Assembly (NCBI GenBank): GCA_001821395.1
Contig: MHLM01000015.1
Coordinates: 2,293 to 66,292 of the forward strand
DNA: 64,000 nucleotides
Direction of reading: 5' to 3'
From: Candidatus Lloydbacteria bacterium RIFCSPHIGHO2_02_FULL_50_18
GTDB taxonomy: Bacteria; Patescibacteriota; Minisyncoccia; Phycocordibacterales; UBA6899
Under the pieces are notes generated by a model. It made no database searches. It worked only from the letters and a program-made list of their open reading frames with translations, and was not told where the DNA came from. The position numbers and the translations under genes are program-made. This document shows, piece by piece, positions 39,919-51,100 of this stretch (positions are counted from its first letter, which is position 1; each line of letters begins with the position of its first letter).

Positions 39919-41878
39919 TTATCAGACTAAGTTCTTTGAGCTTTTGCATATACATGATCACGGTGCGCAAAAATTCAGCATGACTCCATGTTAACGGTGC
40001 CGCTCCCACCTGTTCACGCGTATATGGATTCAATTGTTCGGAAAGTATTCCCGAGCGAAGCGTGTTTCGTTCTACCCAATTGAGATCGGCGCGCACTTTA
40101 TCGAGATCACGATCACTGCGTGCGATGCTTATCTCCCACTGTGTGTACCATAAGGTGGTAATGAACCATGGATTCCCCGGCACATCTGCTGCGGATCGGT
40201 AATATTGGTCACCTTCATAGCGAGCCATCCCGCCGACCGGAGTATTTATCGTCAATCGCTCCTTTGTGATACGCACTGCACTCTGCAAGCGCTCATCATC
40301 CTGAGGCAATATCCCAAAGAGAAATACTCCATACGCGCTCGACGCATCCAAGGTGCGATCGAATGTCATTTCGCCGCTATCGCTAATGAGTGCGGAGCGG
40401 AGAAAATAGCCGCTCTTTTCGTCATACAGATACTTGATGATCGCACTACGCATCTCCTCCGCAACAGTACGAAAACTATGCTCGGTACGTTCTTCACCAA
40501 AAATATGCGCAAAACGTGCCGCCGCCATGAGTCCCGCATACACCGTAGCTGCGGTGTATGTATGCACACCGAATTTTTCCTCCCACAGATTGTATGATGG
40601 TTTTGGCAGCCCTGTGTATGGGTCACGATAGGTCGTCAGGAATGTTGCGGCTTTCTTTATGAACGACTCATAAATCGACTCAATGTAGTCAAGATCCTTC
40701 GATGCGATCCAGTGTTCCCAGAGTGCCCACAAGATCAGCGCTGTTTCATCTTCCTGTATCGGAAGTTCTGTCTTTCCGTTCACGACGTAGCCATGCCATG
40801 ATGAACCCAACGACTCATCGGCACGATACTTATGCATCAAATAGCCGTCTTTACTGATCACGTGATTGCAAAAATCAAAGAATTTACGGGCACTGTGTCT
40901 GTCGCCAAGCCAATCAAGCGTCACGGTGACATATGCGGCATCTCTCGGCCATACGTAGGCATAGGTGTCTCTCCCTCCTTGAAGCATATCTGAATCGCCG
41001 GACGCGATGATGCCGCCGTGAATATCGACGTGAGACCTTAGGTAAAATTGCGATTTCTTGAAGAGGTCGATCACGTTGTCTCCTAGTCCGTAAAAATTCC
41101 AATTGAGCTTCTCCACCCATGCGTTCCAATAATCACGCGTTGTTTTCATCAAACTGTCGGGTGAATGACGAAGGACATAAGTGTTCAATTCCTTTGCCTC
41201 ATCGACAGAGTGACCGATGGTCATCCAGTAGTGAAATGTCTCCACACTCTCACCTTCTATCTGCATGGCCATCGCGACCGTCGAGTCAACACTGCCGTGT
41301 TCGATCGTGTTTTTTGACAGCAGTCCGTCTTCCGCATCCTTATATGTTCCCTCCTTTCCTTCGATCTGAAATATGCCGACCGTATAGTCGGTCAATCCAC
41401 GACCTTCCCGCAATGCGTTGATGAGAAATGCTCGCGCGCCCTCATAGTGAACGACGGTATTGCTTTGTGGATCGTAAAATGCGGTATCACCCTTGTCGGA
41501 ATGACAAAGCTCGAACTGTTGATTGAAAAAGACGCGTACTTCACGTTTTTGCGTGAGCTTATTCAATACCTTTATCTTACGCAGAAAGATATTCTTTTCA
41601 TGACACAATACATCGGTGAAGTGTATCTCCAATTGGAGTGCACTCGAGTATGCCGTCGTAAGACCTGTATATGCGAGATCGGACTGTACATTGATTGTCC
41701 ACGAACCATCATCAAGCCAGGAGAACCGTCCGTCCACCCAGACACCCAGGCGATGCGCATTGGAGCCGCCCGCGTGATTTTCGAGTCCGACGTAGGGAAA
41801 ATAGATATCACGCACACGCGCATACGCGTCCGTTAATATAAGGAGCGAACCGTTTCCGAATGAAAGGTGCTTAGCCAT
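39893..41878 (-). CDS. Glycoside hydrolase family 15 (glucoamylase / glucodextranase-like)
   Basis: N-terminal beta-sandwich plus (alpha/alpha)6 catalytic domain with GH15 motifs (YAYVWPRDAAYV, LWEEKFGVHTYTAATVYAGL, NPWFITTLW). Confidence 0.8.
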   Translation of the reverse strand: MAKHLSFGNGSLLILTDAYARVRDIYFPYVGLENHAGGSNAHRLGVWVDGRFSWLDDGSWTINVQSDLAYTGLTTAYSSALQLEIHFTDVLCHEKNIFLRKIKVLNKLTQKREVRVFFNQQFELCHSDKGDTAFYDPQSNTVVHYEGARAFLINALREGRGLTDYTVGIFQIEGKEGTYKDAEDGLLSKNTIEHGSVDSTVAMAMQIEGESVETFHYWMTIGHSVDEAKELNTYVLRHSPDSLMKTTRDYWNAWVEKLNWNFYGLGDNVIDLFKKSQFYLRSHVDIHGGIIASGDSDMLQGGRDTYAYVWPRDAAYVTVTLDWLGDRHSARKFFDFCNHVISKDGYLMHKYRADESLGSSWHGYVVNGKTELPIQEDETALILWALWEHWIASKDLDYIESIYESFIKKAATFLTTYRDPYTGLPKPSYNLWEEKFGVHTYTAATVYAGLMAAARFAHIFGEERTEHSFRTVAEEMRSAIIKYLYDEKSGYFLRSALISDSGEMTFDRTLDASSAYGVFLFGILPQDDERLQSAVRITKERLTINTPVGGMARYEGDQYYRSAADVPGNPWFITTLWYTQWEISIARSDRDLDKVRADLNWVERNTLRSGILSEQLNPYTREQVGAAPLTWSHAEFLRTVIMYMQKLKELSLISETKNPHG

Positions 41879-41946
41879 TGCTACAGTATACCTGCTCGTT
41901 TTCTAATTAACAAAACGGATAATGCGTTCCGAGATCGCGAGGATGA

Positions 41947-43287
41947 TCATTTTTTTGTCACGGAATGCTTTTTCACTGCGACTTTCTTTTTTGGAGCACT
42001 CACGGTCTTTGCGACCTTTACGACAGCCTTCTTCGCGGGTGTTGTCTTCTTTTTTGCGACGGAAAGTTTTTTGCTCTCCACGCGTTTGTTCTTTTTTTCT
42101 TCGATGCGCAGACGGAGATCGTGAATCACGTTGTTGTACGCAATGAATGCTTCGTAAGGGGTATCGTAAGGATTGAAATATTTGTGCACGTCACCATCGG
42201 AGAACCACTTTGTACACATATAGTAAAAATGATCTGAGGTTTGAAGTTTGCGCCAATCTTCGATGATCTTTACGTCACCCGTGGCAAACACGTCCGCCTC
42301 AAGCGCGTAGATGTTGTTGATCGCCTCGTGCTGCATCGTATTGGATAACCACGCAGAGAGATCGCGCTCCACATCGGCCCATGAGACGTAATTGTGCGCA
42401 TCAAACTCTCCTACCGCCTCATATTTGTCTGCAACCTCAGACGGGGTAAGGAATTCATTATCGGGATGCTTAAGGATCTCACCCGGAAGTGCGCGCATGA
42501 AATCGAAGATGCCGGTATCTTCCCACTGGTGTTCGCCGAATGTCTCATAGTCCATGAACAAGTTCACGACATTACCGTTACCGTTGACGTTATTCACCCA
42601 CTGAGTGAATTTCTCCGAGGTAAGCGGCCATTCCTCCCAGCTCTTTGAGGAAAAACGGAAGGCGATATCATCGGACAATTTATAGTTCTTGAGAAGAGTC
42701 TTGATGGACGTTGTGCCCGGAGACTTGTAGACGAAGTTCGGACTGCGCCATCCGAGTAAGTGATCGGCACCTTCCGCGAGGATCGCCTTGTATCCCATTT
42801 CTTCGACGTACTTTGCCAATTCGTTATTGTAGATAAGTTCGGTGTTACGGAATACTTTTGGAGTGACGCCAAAAAGCTTTTTCACCTTTGCGCGATGGAG
42901 CTCTACCTGGCGTACAAATTCATCTTTTGAATAAAGGAAAGAGAGCGAATGGTAATAGGTCTCATCGAGAATTTCCACTCGTCCGGTCTTTACCAGTTTT
43001 TGAAACGAGATGAGCGTCTCCGGTGAAAATTCTTCAAGCTGATCGAGAAAGACTCCTGAAAACGAGTAAGCGATCTTGAATTCCGGATGCTTTTCAAGGA
43101 GCTCGAGCATGAGCTTATTCGTCGGCAAATAACATTTACCCGCAACCTTGTGGAGAATCTTTTCGTTGTTGATATCACGATCGGAGCGATCATTGAAATA
43201 TTCGTGATCATGACCGACATCGAATATACGATATTTCTTTATACGGTAAGGTTGATGCACCTGAAAATAGAAACAAATAGAGGCCAT
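41947..43287 (-). CDS. Glycoside hydrolase family 57 (alpha-amylase / glucanotransferase-like) with a Lys-rich C-terminal tail
   Basis: GH57 N-terminal signature ICFYFQVHQPYR plus catalytic region. The last ~50 aa are KK/AKK repeats resembling a histone H1-like tail. Confidence 0.8.
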   Translation of the reverse strand: MASICFYFQVHQPYRIKKYRIFDVGHDHEYFNDRSDRDINNEKILHKVAGKCYLPTNKLMLELLEKHPEFKIAYSFSGVFLDQLEEFSPETLISFQKLVKTGRVEILDETYYHSLSFLYSKDEFVRQVELHRAKVKKLFGVTPKVFRNTELIYNNELAKYVEEMGYKAILAEGADHLLGWRSPNFVYKSPGTTSIKTLLKNYKLSDDIAFRFSSKSWEEWPLTSEKFTQWVNNVNGNGNVVNLFMDYETFGEHQWEDTGIFDFMRALPGEILKHPDNEFLTPSEVADKYEAVGEFDAHNYVSWADVERDLSAWLSNTMQHEAINNIYALEADVFATGDVKIIEDWRKLQTSDHFYYMCTKWFSDGDVHKYFNPYDTPYEAFIAYNNVIHDLRLRIEEKKNKRVESKKLSVAKKKTTPAKKAVVKVAKTVSAPKKKVAVKKHSVTKK

Positions 43288-43326
43288 GATTTTATAAGTT
43301 AGATCTGTGTGCTGATATCCATATGA

Positions 43327-44550
43327 TCAGTCTGCACGATTGATAATGTCCTCATAAATTTGCGTGCACTTTCCCGCTGCGCTTTCCCAGGTCACATGTT
43401 CAACGTCCTTTGCACCCAATTCTCCGAGCGTATCGCGAAGCGCATTGCTTCCGACAACGTTAATGATCTTGTCGGCCATATCGTCAACATCCCAAAAATC
43501 CGACTTGAGCGCATGCGTCAGCACCTCCGAGACGCCGGACTGTTTTGAAACAAGAATAGGAGTACCATTTGCCAACGCCTCAAGGGCAGTAAGTCCGAAC
43601 GGCTCCGAGATCGACGGCATGACATAGAGATCTGCTGCGCGATAGAGCTTCAAAAGTTCGTCTCCTCTCACGAATCCCGCGAATACAATCTTGTCTCCAA
43701 GACCCATATCCGAAGCGAGACGGATGATCTGGTGCTCCATATCGCCTGACCCGGAAATGATGAAAAGCACGTTTGGATCATACTCAAGCACGCGCTTTGC
43801 AACCTTGATGAAATAATCGGGGCCCTTCTGGATAGTGATACGTCCGACAAAAAGCACGATCTTCTTACCCTGTGCGCGAATATTGCTCAAAGCCGCAGGA
43901 AGCTCGTGACGGTAATCTTTATGATCGATCCCGTTATGCACCACCATGATCGCTTCGGGTGCAATACCGTAATGTTCAACAATGACATTCTTCGTATGCT
44001 GCGAAACAGCGATGATGCAGTCTGCCGCATGGAGTCCTCGACGCTCCTCTTCGTAGATGTATTGATTGGGGTGCCCCGCGGTACGATCGAATTCTGTGGC
44101 ATGGACATGTACGATAAGCGGCTTTCCGGAAATACGCTTCGCCTCCATCCCTGCGCGGAATGAAAGCCAGTCATGCGCATGAATGACGTCGTGCTCTTCC
44201 TCCGCAGCAATGACCCTCGCCTGAAGACCGTACCGTCTCACCTCGTCAAAAAGATTCAATCCGTAGATCTCATTTTCAGGAGTTTTGAGCAGGTATTCAT
44301 CGTACAATTCGGAGGTAATGTACGGATGAATGAGCGACGTGACACTGCGGAATTTGATGTTGCGAATATTGGCAAAGACGATCTTCATGAAGTCGTGCTC
44401 AAGACCGCCAAGTTTCTTGGGTAGCACAAAAGTCACCGAGACTTCGCTCCGTGAAAGACTTTTAGTAAGGCCATAGCAAGCCATACCAAGGCCACCGCTG
44501 TTATGTGGCGGGAACTCCCATCCAAACATGAGTACCTTTATATTCTTCAT
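43327..44550 (-). CDS. GT4-family glycosyltransferase (glycogen/alpha-glucan synthase-like)
   Basis: GT-B fold with N-terminal FPPHNSGGLGMACYGL and C-terminal EPFGLTALEALANGTPIL. Sits in an alpha-glucan metabolism cluster. Confidence 0.8.
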   Translation of the reverse strand: MKNIKVLMFGWEFPPHNSGGLGMACYGLTKSLSRSEVSVTFVLPKKLGGLEHDFMKIVFANIRNIKFRSVTSLIHPYITSELYDEYLLKTPENEIYGLNLFDEVRRYGLQARVIAAEEEHDVIHAHDWLSFRAGMEAKRISGKPLIVHVHATEFDRTAGHPNQYIYEEERRGLHAADCIIAVSQHTKNVIVEHYGIAPEAIMVVHNGIDHKDYRHELPAALSNIRAQGKKIVLFVGRITIQKGPDYFIKVAKRVLEYDPNVLFIISGSGDMEHQIIRLASDMGLGDKIVFAGFVRGDELLKLYRAADLYVMPSISEPFGLTALEALANGTPILVSKQSGVSEVLTHALKSDFWDVDDMADKIINVVGSNALRDTLGELGAKDVEHVTWESAAGKCTQIYEDIINRAD

Positions 44551-44708
44551 TGAGGAAATAAAATGAACAAAGCCGCGTTAACGTTGTCTAAAAAAGAAAC
44601 AACAAACGACTAAACAACCCCGATATTATAACATATAAGCAACACAAACTCATACAATGTGCACTAGAAATGAACACATTTAGGACACTATAGCAAGTAT
44701 GCTTCTTG

Positions 44709-45251
44709 TTACCGTACGACGAATGACACGATCACGACCTTTTCAGGTGAAAACGGAGGAAGATCTGTGAGGCGATTGAACTGACCATCCCCATCATCCG
44801 GAAGTAAGGCCGCAAAATACCTACCACCGGCAAGGGTCCCTTCGGGGCGAAGCAGCTCTACGGCAGTGATCTTGTCCCCACCATTCACCTTCTGTGCGCC
44901 GAGGATAGACCCCGGTTTTCCGTCCTTCTCCTCGTAGATCGCGACCCACGAAGTCTCTGTAACGCTCACTGCACTTATAAGAACAGTGATCCCAGCCGCT
45001 TGGTCGAGAACGGTGATGCCCACACGGGAATTCGCCGGGACTGAAGGCGGTAACGGGAATTGTTTCGCGGGCGAGATTGCCTGTTCGGATGCGGAAATAT
45101 CCATAGCGGGGTTGCTATCCGTTGTAGAAGGCGTTGTTGACGTGATGCTCGCATCATTCGTACCGCTTCTTGAAAAGGACTTTACTGCTGCCGTGCCGAT
45201 AAAAATACCGATGACAAGCATCAAAATAAGCTGTTGAGTTTGTTTGGTCAT
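44709..45251 (-). CDS. Hypothetical membrane-anchored secreted protein (Ser/Thr-rich linker + C-terminal beta domain)
   Basis: Signal anchor MTKQTQQLILMLVIGIFIG, low-complexity S/T linker, conserved-looking C-terminal domain. Immediately downstream of the metal ATPase. Confidence 0.45.
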   Translation of the reverse strand: MTKQTQQLILMLVIGIFIGTAAVKSFSRSGTNDASITSTTPSTTDSNPAMDISASEQAISPAKQFPLPPSVPANSRVGITVLDQAAGITVLISAVSVTETSWVAIYEEKDGKPGSILGAQKVNGGDKITAVELLRPEGTLAGGRYFAALLPDDGDGQFNRLTDLPPFSPEKVVIVSFVVR

Positions 45252-45376
45252 ATGAAACAAGGGTAGCAAATATAGAGGGTAAGTCAAAAAGAACATGTAG
45301 GGTGCGGTATTTATCAAAAAAGTCAAAAACACAGCACTTGTTTTTGCTGCTGAATTTCTTCTGCCAGTCAATTGGT

Positions 45377-47458
45377 CTAAATTTTTAATTTTGACTCTAC
45401 TCTCTTTAGCAACACCGCATTCGTGGCCACAATGATCGAGGATGCGGACATGAGCAGGGCCGCAATCTCAGGACGAAGTGACCAACCAAATGGTGTGTAG
45501 AATATTCCCGCGGCAACGGGAATGGCAAGCACGTTATAGATAGCCGCCCAAAAAAGATTCTGTTTCATCTTGCGTACTGTAGCCTTCGAGAGACGGATCG
45601 CCGCCACAATGTCGTAGGGGTCCGACTTCATAAGCACGATATTGGCGGTTTCAATCGCTACGTCGGTACCCGCGCCGATCGCGATGCCAATATTTGATTG
45701 AGCGAGAGCGGGTGCGTCATTGACGCCGTCGCCGACCATCGCCACAAATTTCCCTTCGTCTTGTAATTTTTTCACAAAACTCGCCTTGTCTTCCGGCATG
45801 ACTTCTGCGAATACACGGTCAATCCCAAGTTCCATCCCAACAGCCTCTGCAATTTTTTTATTGTCCCCAGTGATCATCGCAGTTTCTATGCCAAGTTTTT
45901 TCAGTTCCGTGATTGTTTTTCGGGACGACTCACGAACAGCATCGAAAATACCGATAAGTCCGACCGTCTTTCCGTCAACAGCGATGATGCTCAACGTTTT
46001 TCCCGTTGCCAACAATTTTTCAATTTCCACCTTCACACCCTCGATATCAACACCCCTCTCTCGAAGTAATCGTTCAGTGCCGATCAACACATTTTTTCCG
46101 CCAACCCCTGCTTCAAGCCCCAAGCCGGAAAGTGATAGAAAATTTTCTATTGCAAGAAGAATAATTCCGCGCTTTTTTGCTTCAACAATTATAGCCGCCG
46201 AGAGAGGATGATTAGACTTGGATTCAACGCTTGCGGCATATTGCAGAATTGCGTCTTCGGAAATTTTTCCAAGTGCGATAATGTCAGTCACTCTTGGTTT
46301 GCCCTCCGTAAGTGTTCCTGTTTTATCAAGTACGATGGCATTTATTCTTGATGTACCTTCAAGCGTAGAGGCGTCTTTGATGAGAATATTGTGTTTCGCG
46401 CCAAGTCCGGTCCCCACAGCAACCGCCGTAGGTGTCGCAAGCCCGAGTGCATCGGGGCACGCGATGACGATGGTCGAAATGGCGAACGTGAGCGCGACGA
46501 CGAATGTTGCACCTGCGATGACATACCACCCAAGAAACGCGAGGATACCGGACCCGACCGCAAGCACGACGAGCCATGACGCGGCTTTGTCGGCGATCCT
46601 TTGTCCTGGTGCTTTAGAATTTTGCGCCACCTCAACCATTTTGATAATAGAGGCAAGCACGGTGTCCATTCCAACTTTTGTGGCGCGAAATTGTACCGAT
46701 CCATTTTGATTGATCGAACCACCTATTGTCTTGTCGCCAACTTTTTTAAGCACGGGAAGTGACTCCCCCGTAACAAGTGCTTCATCAATGGATGTTTCGC
46801 CCACCACCACTTCACCATCAACAGGAACCTTATCGCCGGGTTTTAGCACAACGATATCACCCACAACCACCTCCGTGCTTGGGATCAACATTTCTTTTCC
46901 GTCGCGCACCACTCGCGCCTGCGGAGGCACGAGGTCAAAAAGCGCATGAAGCGAATCTGAAGTTCCGCGACGAGATTTCATTTCCATCCAATGCCCGAAG
47001 AGTACGAAGGTGACGAGCATTGCCGCCGCCTCATAGAATGCTTCTCCTGAAGCATTGAACGCAAGAATGACACTGCCGACATACGCCGCCAAGACTCCTG
47101 TTGCAATAAGCACGGACATGTTGAGCTTACGTGCTCTGAGTGAGTAGTACGTCCCGGTAATGAAGATCGAGCCCGCCCAAAAAACTATTGGTGTCGTCAG
47201 GAGAAAGAGGAGTAAGTTTTTTGGGATGGGTGACGGAAGCAAGATTCCAAAGAGCATCTCACCCATCCGTGAATACAAGACGATAGGGATAGTGAGCGCG
47301 AGCGAAATGAAAAATCTCATCCGCATGTCAAACTCCATCTCTTTTGCCATATTTGGATCAGTCATCGCTCGCTCGTGGTCCATGTGGCTCATATGCTGCA
47401 TTGATCCTTGAGCATCCGAATGTCCTCCATTTGTTGTGTGATGATGTGTGTGGTCCAT
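45377..47458 (-). CDS. Heavy-metal translocating P1B-type ATPase (Cu-type) with His/Met-rich N-terminus
   Basis: TGES, DKTGTLT, GDGVNDAPAL motifs. TM6 motif reads CPD (IACPDALGLATP). The N-terminus MDHTHHHTTNGGHSDAQGSMQHMSHMDHE replaces an HMA CxxC domain. Confidence 0.9.
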   Translation of the reverse strand: MDHTHHHTTNGGHSDAQGSMQHMSHMDHERAMTDPNMAKEMEFDMRMRFFISLALTIPIVLYSRMGEMLFGILLPSPIPKNLLLFLLTTPIVFWAGSIFITGTYYSLRARKLNMSVLIATGVLAAYVGSVILAFNASGEAFYEAAAMLVTFVLFGHWMEMKSRRGTSDSLHALFDLVPPQARVVRDGKEMLIPSTEVVVGDIVVLKPGDKVPVDGEVVVGETSIDEALVTGESLPVLKKVGDKTIGGSINQNGSVQFRATKVGMDTVLASIIKMVEVAQNSKAPGQRIADKAASWLVVLAVGSGILAFLGWYVIAGATFVVALTFAISTIVIACPDALGLATPTAVAVGTGLGAKHNILIKDASTLEGTSRINAIVLDKTGTLTEGKPRVTDIIALGKISEDAILQYAASVESKSNHPLSAAIIVEAKKRGIILLAIENFLSLSGLGLEAGVGGKNVLIGTERLLRERGVDIEGVKVEIEKLLATGKTLSIIAVDGKTVGLIGIFDAVRESSRKTITELKKLGIETAMITGDNKKIAEAVGMELGIDRVFAEVMPEDKASFVKKLQDEGKFVAMVGDGVNDAPALAQSNIGIAIGAGTDVAIETANIVLMKSDPYDIVAAIRLSKATVRKMKQNLFWAAIYNVLAIPVAAGIFYTPFGWSLRPEIAALLMSASSIIVATNAVLLKRVESKLKI

Positions 47459-47495
47459 AACTTAATTATACCGCTTCTTTCATAAAGACCGTCGA

Positions 47496-47702
47496 CTAAT
47501 CTTTGTGTTCTTTGTGCAAGTCAGCAACATGTCCTCCGTGACTTCCATGCATAAGGAGATGCATGAAGAAACACCCGAGCAGGAATGTGAATGAGAGATA
47601 GGGGGCAAGGTGTTCTCCGTGGTTAGCAACAAGGTAGATTCCTGAAATCATAAGGAGTGCGAGTAATACATACCGAAGGTGGAAGCTTGATTGATTGTTC
47701 AT
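47496..47702 (-). CDS. DUF2933-like small membrane protein with His-rich C-terminus
   Basis: 68 aa, one or two TM segments, C-terminal HLLMHGSHGGHVADLHKEHKD. Typical neighbour of metal-efflux genes. Confidence 0.45.
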   Translation of the reverse strand: MNNQSSFHLRYVLLALLMISGIYLVANHGEHLAPYLSFTFLLGCFFMHLLMHGSHGGHVADLHKEHKD

Positions 47703-47748
47703 TATTTTGTTGGTTCAACAATTTCACACTCTTAAGCATCACCTAATG

Positions 47749-48072
47749 CTACATATCCATCTTCGTGACATTCCCCTCCGTCATACTCTTGCCGTTCGTC
47801 TGACTCTTTGTGCCATATACAGAAAGGTCCTTGGCGGCCATTGAGAGATCGTTATCGTTGTATTTTGCTCCACGATCCTCAAGAAGCACGCTGGCATTCA
47901 CCATGACATCGCCCATTTTTTTCATTTGTTCTCCATCAGCAGTGATCATCTTGGTAAGCTCTGCAACTTTTGTTGAATCAGTCGATGCCACATTGCTACC
48001 TCCCGACAGATATCCTACTCCGCCGCCAATAACGAGCGCAACGACGGTGGCAATAATTGTTGTTTTGTTCAT
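47749..48072 (-). CDS. Hypothetical membrane-anchored protein (107 aa)
   Basis: N-terminal TM segment (TIIATVVALVIGGGVGYL) and a soluble tail. Between the ATPase and the RND pump. Confidence 0.35.
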   Translation of the reverse strand: MNKTTIIATVVALVIGGGVGYLSGGSNVASTDSTKVAELTKMITADGEQMKKMGDVMVNASVLLEDRGAKYNDNDLSMAAKDLSVYGTKSQTNGKSMTEGNVTKMDM

Positions 48073-48161
48073 ATGAGTTTGATTTTATTGATCGAATTAA
48101 TTAATACGGATTGCGTATCGTCTTGGGCTGTCACGCCCGTGAATATTTTCCATATGTTTGG

Positions 48162-51100
48162 TTAGAACCCGGATGAGGATTCGTGATCAATTTGTAATAC
48201 CGCCTTTTTACCGAAACGATAAAGCAAGGCTGGGGTAAGAAAGAGGGAGATGACCGTCGATGACAGCAGTCCCCCGAATACCACAACCGCAAGCGGATGG
48301 AGCATCTCTTTGCCCGGCTCATCGCCATAAAGGAGAAGTGGCACTAACGCGAGCGAAGTTACCAGCGAAGTCATCAATACTGGCGTCACACGATCAAGCG
48401 TCGCACGAATGATCGTTGCGGGCGTAAAAGGCTCTCCTTCGTTTCGCACAAGCGACAGCGTGCGACCGATGAGCATGATGCCATTACGCGAGACTATTCC
48501 TGCGAGCGAAATAAAGCCGACCAAATGCGCGAGATTAATCGTCCCCCCCGTGAACCAAATGCCCAACATTCCTCCGATCATCACCGTCGGGATATTTGCG
48601 AGCACCAAGAGTACAATCGCTGTTGAATGAAACGCGCGATAGAGGACTGCGACGATCATCACAAACCCAGCGAGAAAGACGAACGCAAGTCGTCGCGTGC
48701 TTTCTTTTTGGCTTTGATAGTTTCCCTCGAAGGAAAGCGTCACGCCGACGGGGAGTTCGCCGCTCTCAAGTGCAAATTTCACTGCCTCAACTTCACCGAC
48801 GAGATCACTTCCTTGATAATTTGCGGTCACCGCAAGTACGCGCTTTCCGTTTTCATGGTCGACGCTATTGCGACCTCCTTCAATGCGTACGTCGGCAACG
48901 CTTCCCAGTGATGCCGCCTCCATAAACGGCAGCGCAATATCCCGCAACGATGCCATTGCCCCTTTTGATTCAGCATCGTACCGCGCAACAACATTTACCG
49001 AAGCGGCACCGAGTCGCACTTGCCCGAGTGTGTCACCCATGAGGCCCATCTCGAGGTCACTTGCCACACCCCCCGCAGAAAGCCCGTATTCCGCGATGCG
49101 ATTATGGTCAACATATACTCGAAATTCGGGTACAACAGTATTTTGCTGGATGCGCGGGTTTGTGATCCCCTTTTGCTTTTTCATCTCAGCAAGTACCTGC
49201 TTTGCCGCCTGATCCATGCTCTCGGAAGTATCCCCAAATACTTTTACTACAATAGGCGCACGCACTCCCGAAAGGAGCATCTCGACACGATGTGTGATCG
49301 GTTGACCGAGACTGTAATCTGCTCCACCGAAGCGATCAAGTGTTTTCTGAATATCGCTGAACAGGCGCGGGCGTTCACTCTCGAAGTATCCTGGCTTAAA
49401 TACAATCTGAATCTCGCTTGCATTCGCACTTCCGCCATGAGGATCTGCGGGCGCACGTCCTGCAATATTTGACACCTGTCGAATTCCCGGAATTTGTAGT
49501 AATGCGGTTTCGAGTTTCGTCACATAAGCGTTCGTCGCAGAAAGTGCAGTTCCAGGAGGAAGAAAAAGCATTATCACTGCTGAACCCTCATTAAACGGCG
49601 GGATGCCCTCCTTTCCTGCGAAAGAGTAAAACCCCGTAGCGAGAACAAGAGCGATCACGACTCCACCAGAGAGGAATTTTACATTAGTGATACACCAACT
49701 GATCCAAGGGGTTATTCTTTCCTTGATCGCAATAACAACCCGCGTTTCTTTTTCATGCCCTTCGAGTGATTTGTCACTCAAAAGAAGTGCAGACAGAACT
49801 GGCGTTACAGTGAGTGAGACCGCCATCGAAGCGACCAGGGAGACTAGGTATGCAGCTCCTAATGAGGCAAGGAGCCGCCCTTCGATATCCGGCATAAAGA
49901 ATATCGGAAGAAAAACCACGGTCACAAGGAGTGTGGCATAGACGATGGAATTTCGTACCTCGCTTGAGGCGCTCTGCACAACTTCTTCTCGATATTCTTT
50001 CTTTCCTGTTTGTTTCCAGATACGCAGCCGTCGAAAGATATTTTCGACATCAACGATAGCGTCATCGACGAGTTCCCCGACGGCAACGGCGATACCGCCA
50101 AGCGTCATGACATTCACTGAAAGTCCAAATTGCTTGAAGACGATCACCGTCACGAGGATCGACAGCGGGATCGCCGTGAGCGTGATCATTGTCGTACGCA
50201 CATTCATCAGGAAAATAATGAGAACAATGATGACAAGGATCGTTCCATCACGAAGTGCTCCCGTGACATTTCCGAGTCCTGCACGAATGAAATTCTCCTG
50301 ACGAAAAAGATCGGGGTGAATTTCTACTCCCGGGGGCAGACTCGCAGCAAGCGAACGAAACGTTCCATCGATTGCATCGGTCACCGCAAGTGTTTGCGCA
50401 TCTGGCTGACGAATGACGCGTAAAATAACCCCCTGATCTCCATCAATTGCACTTGATCCACGAATTGGGCTTGGTGTCTCAAGCACTGTTGCAATATCTG
50501 CCAGACGAACAACACTTCCCCCTGAGGTCCTCCCAATCGCAAGCTCACCAAGTGTTTTTACTTCGGTTGGCGCAACAAGAATTCTAATTGGATACTCTTT
50601 GCCACCTTCAACGAGAATATTGCCGCTTTTGTTTGTTATTGCTCCTTCGACTTTCGTGCGCACGTCTTCGATCATGAATCCATAGCGTCGCATACGCTCC
50701 GCATTGAGATCGATCCGCCACTCTCTGACATCGCCCCCCATGACGAGCACGTTCGCAACGCCGGGAGTCTTCAGTATCGCGGGACGTATTGTCCAGTCTG
50801 CAAGCGTGCGGAGTTGCATGGGAGTGATACTCGGATCTTTTGCGGTGATGCCGACCCACATAATCTCACCCAACAGCGAGGTCGAGGGGCCGAGTATCGG
50901 TTTCACACCGCGCGGGAGTACCGCTTGCGAAAGACGCTCCTGGACGATCTGTCTATTGCGCAGTGAGTCTGAGCCCCAAGCGAATTCAATGTTCAGTGTC
51001 GCTTGCGCGAACGATGCATTCGAACGGATGCGATCGACCCCAGGTGCCCCAAGCATTGTAGCCTCAAGTGGATTTAAGACGAGAAGCTCGACCTCTTCCG

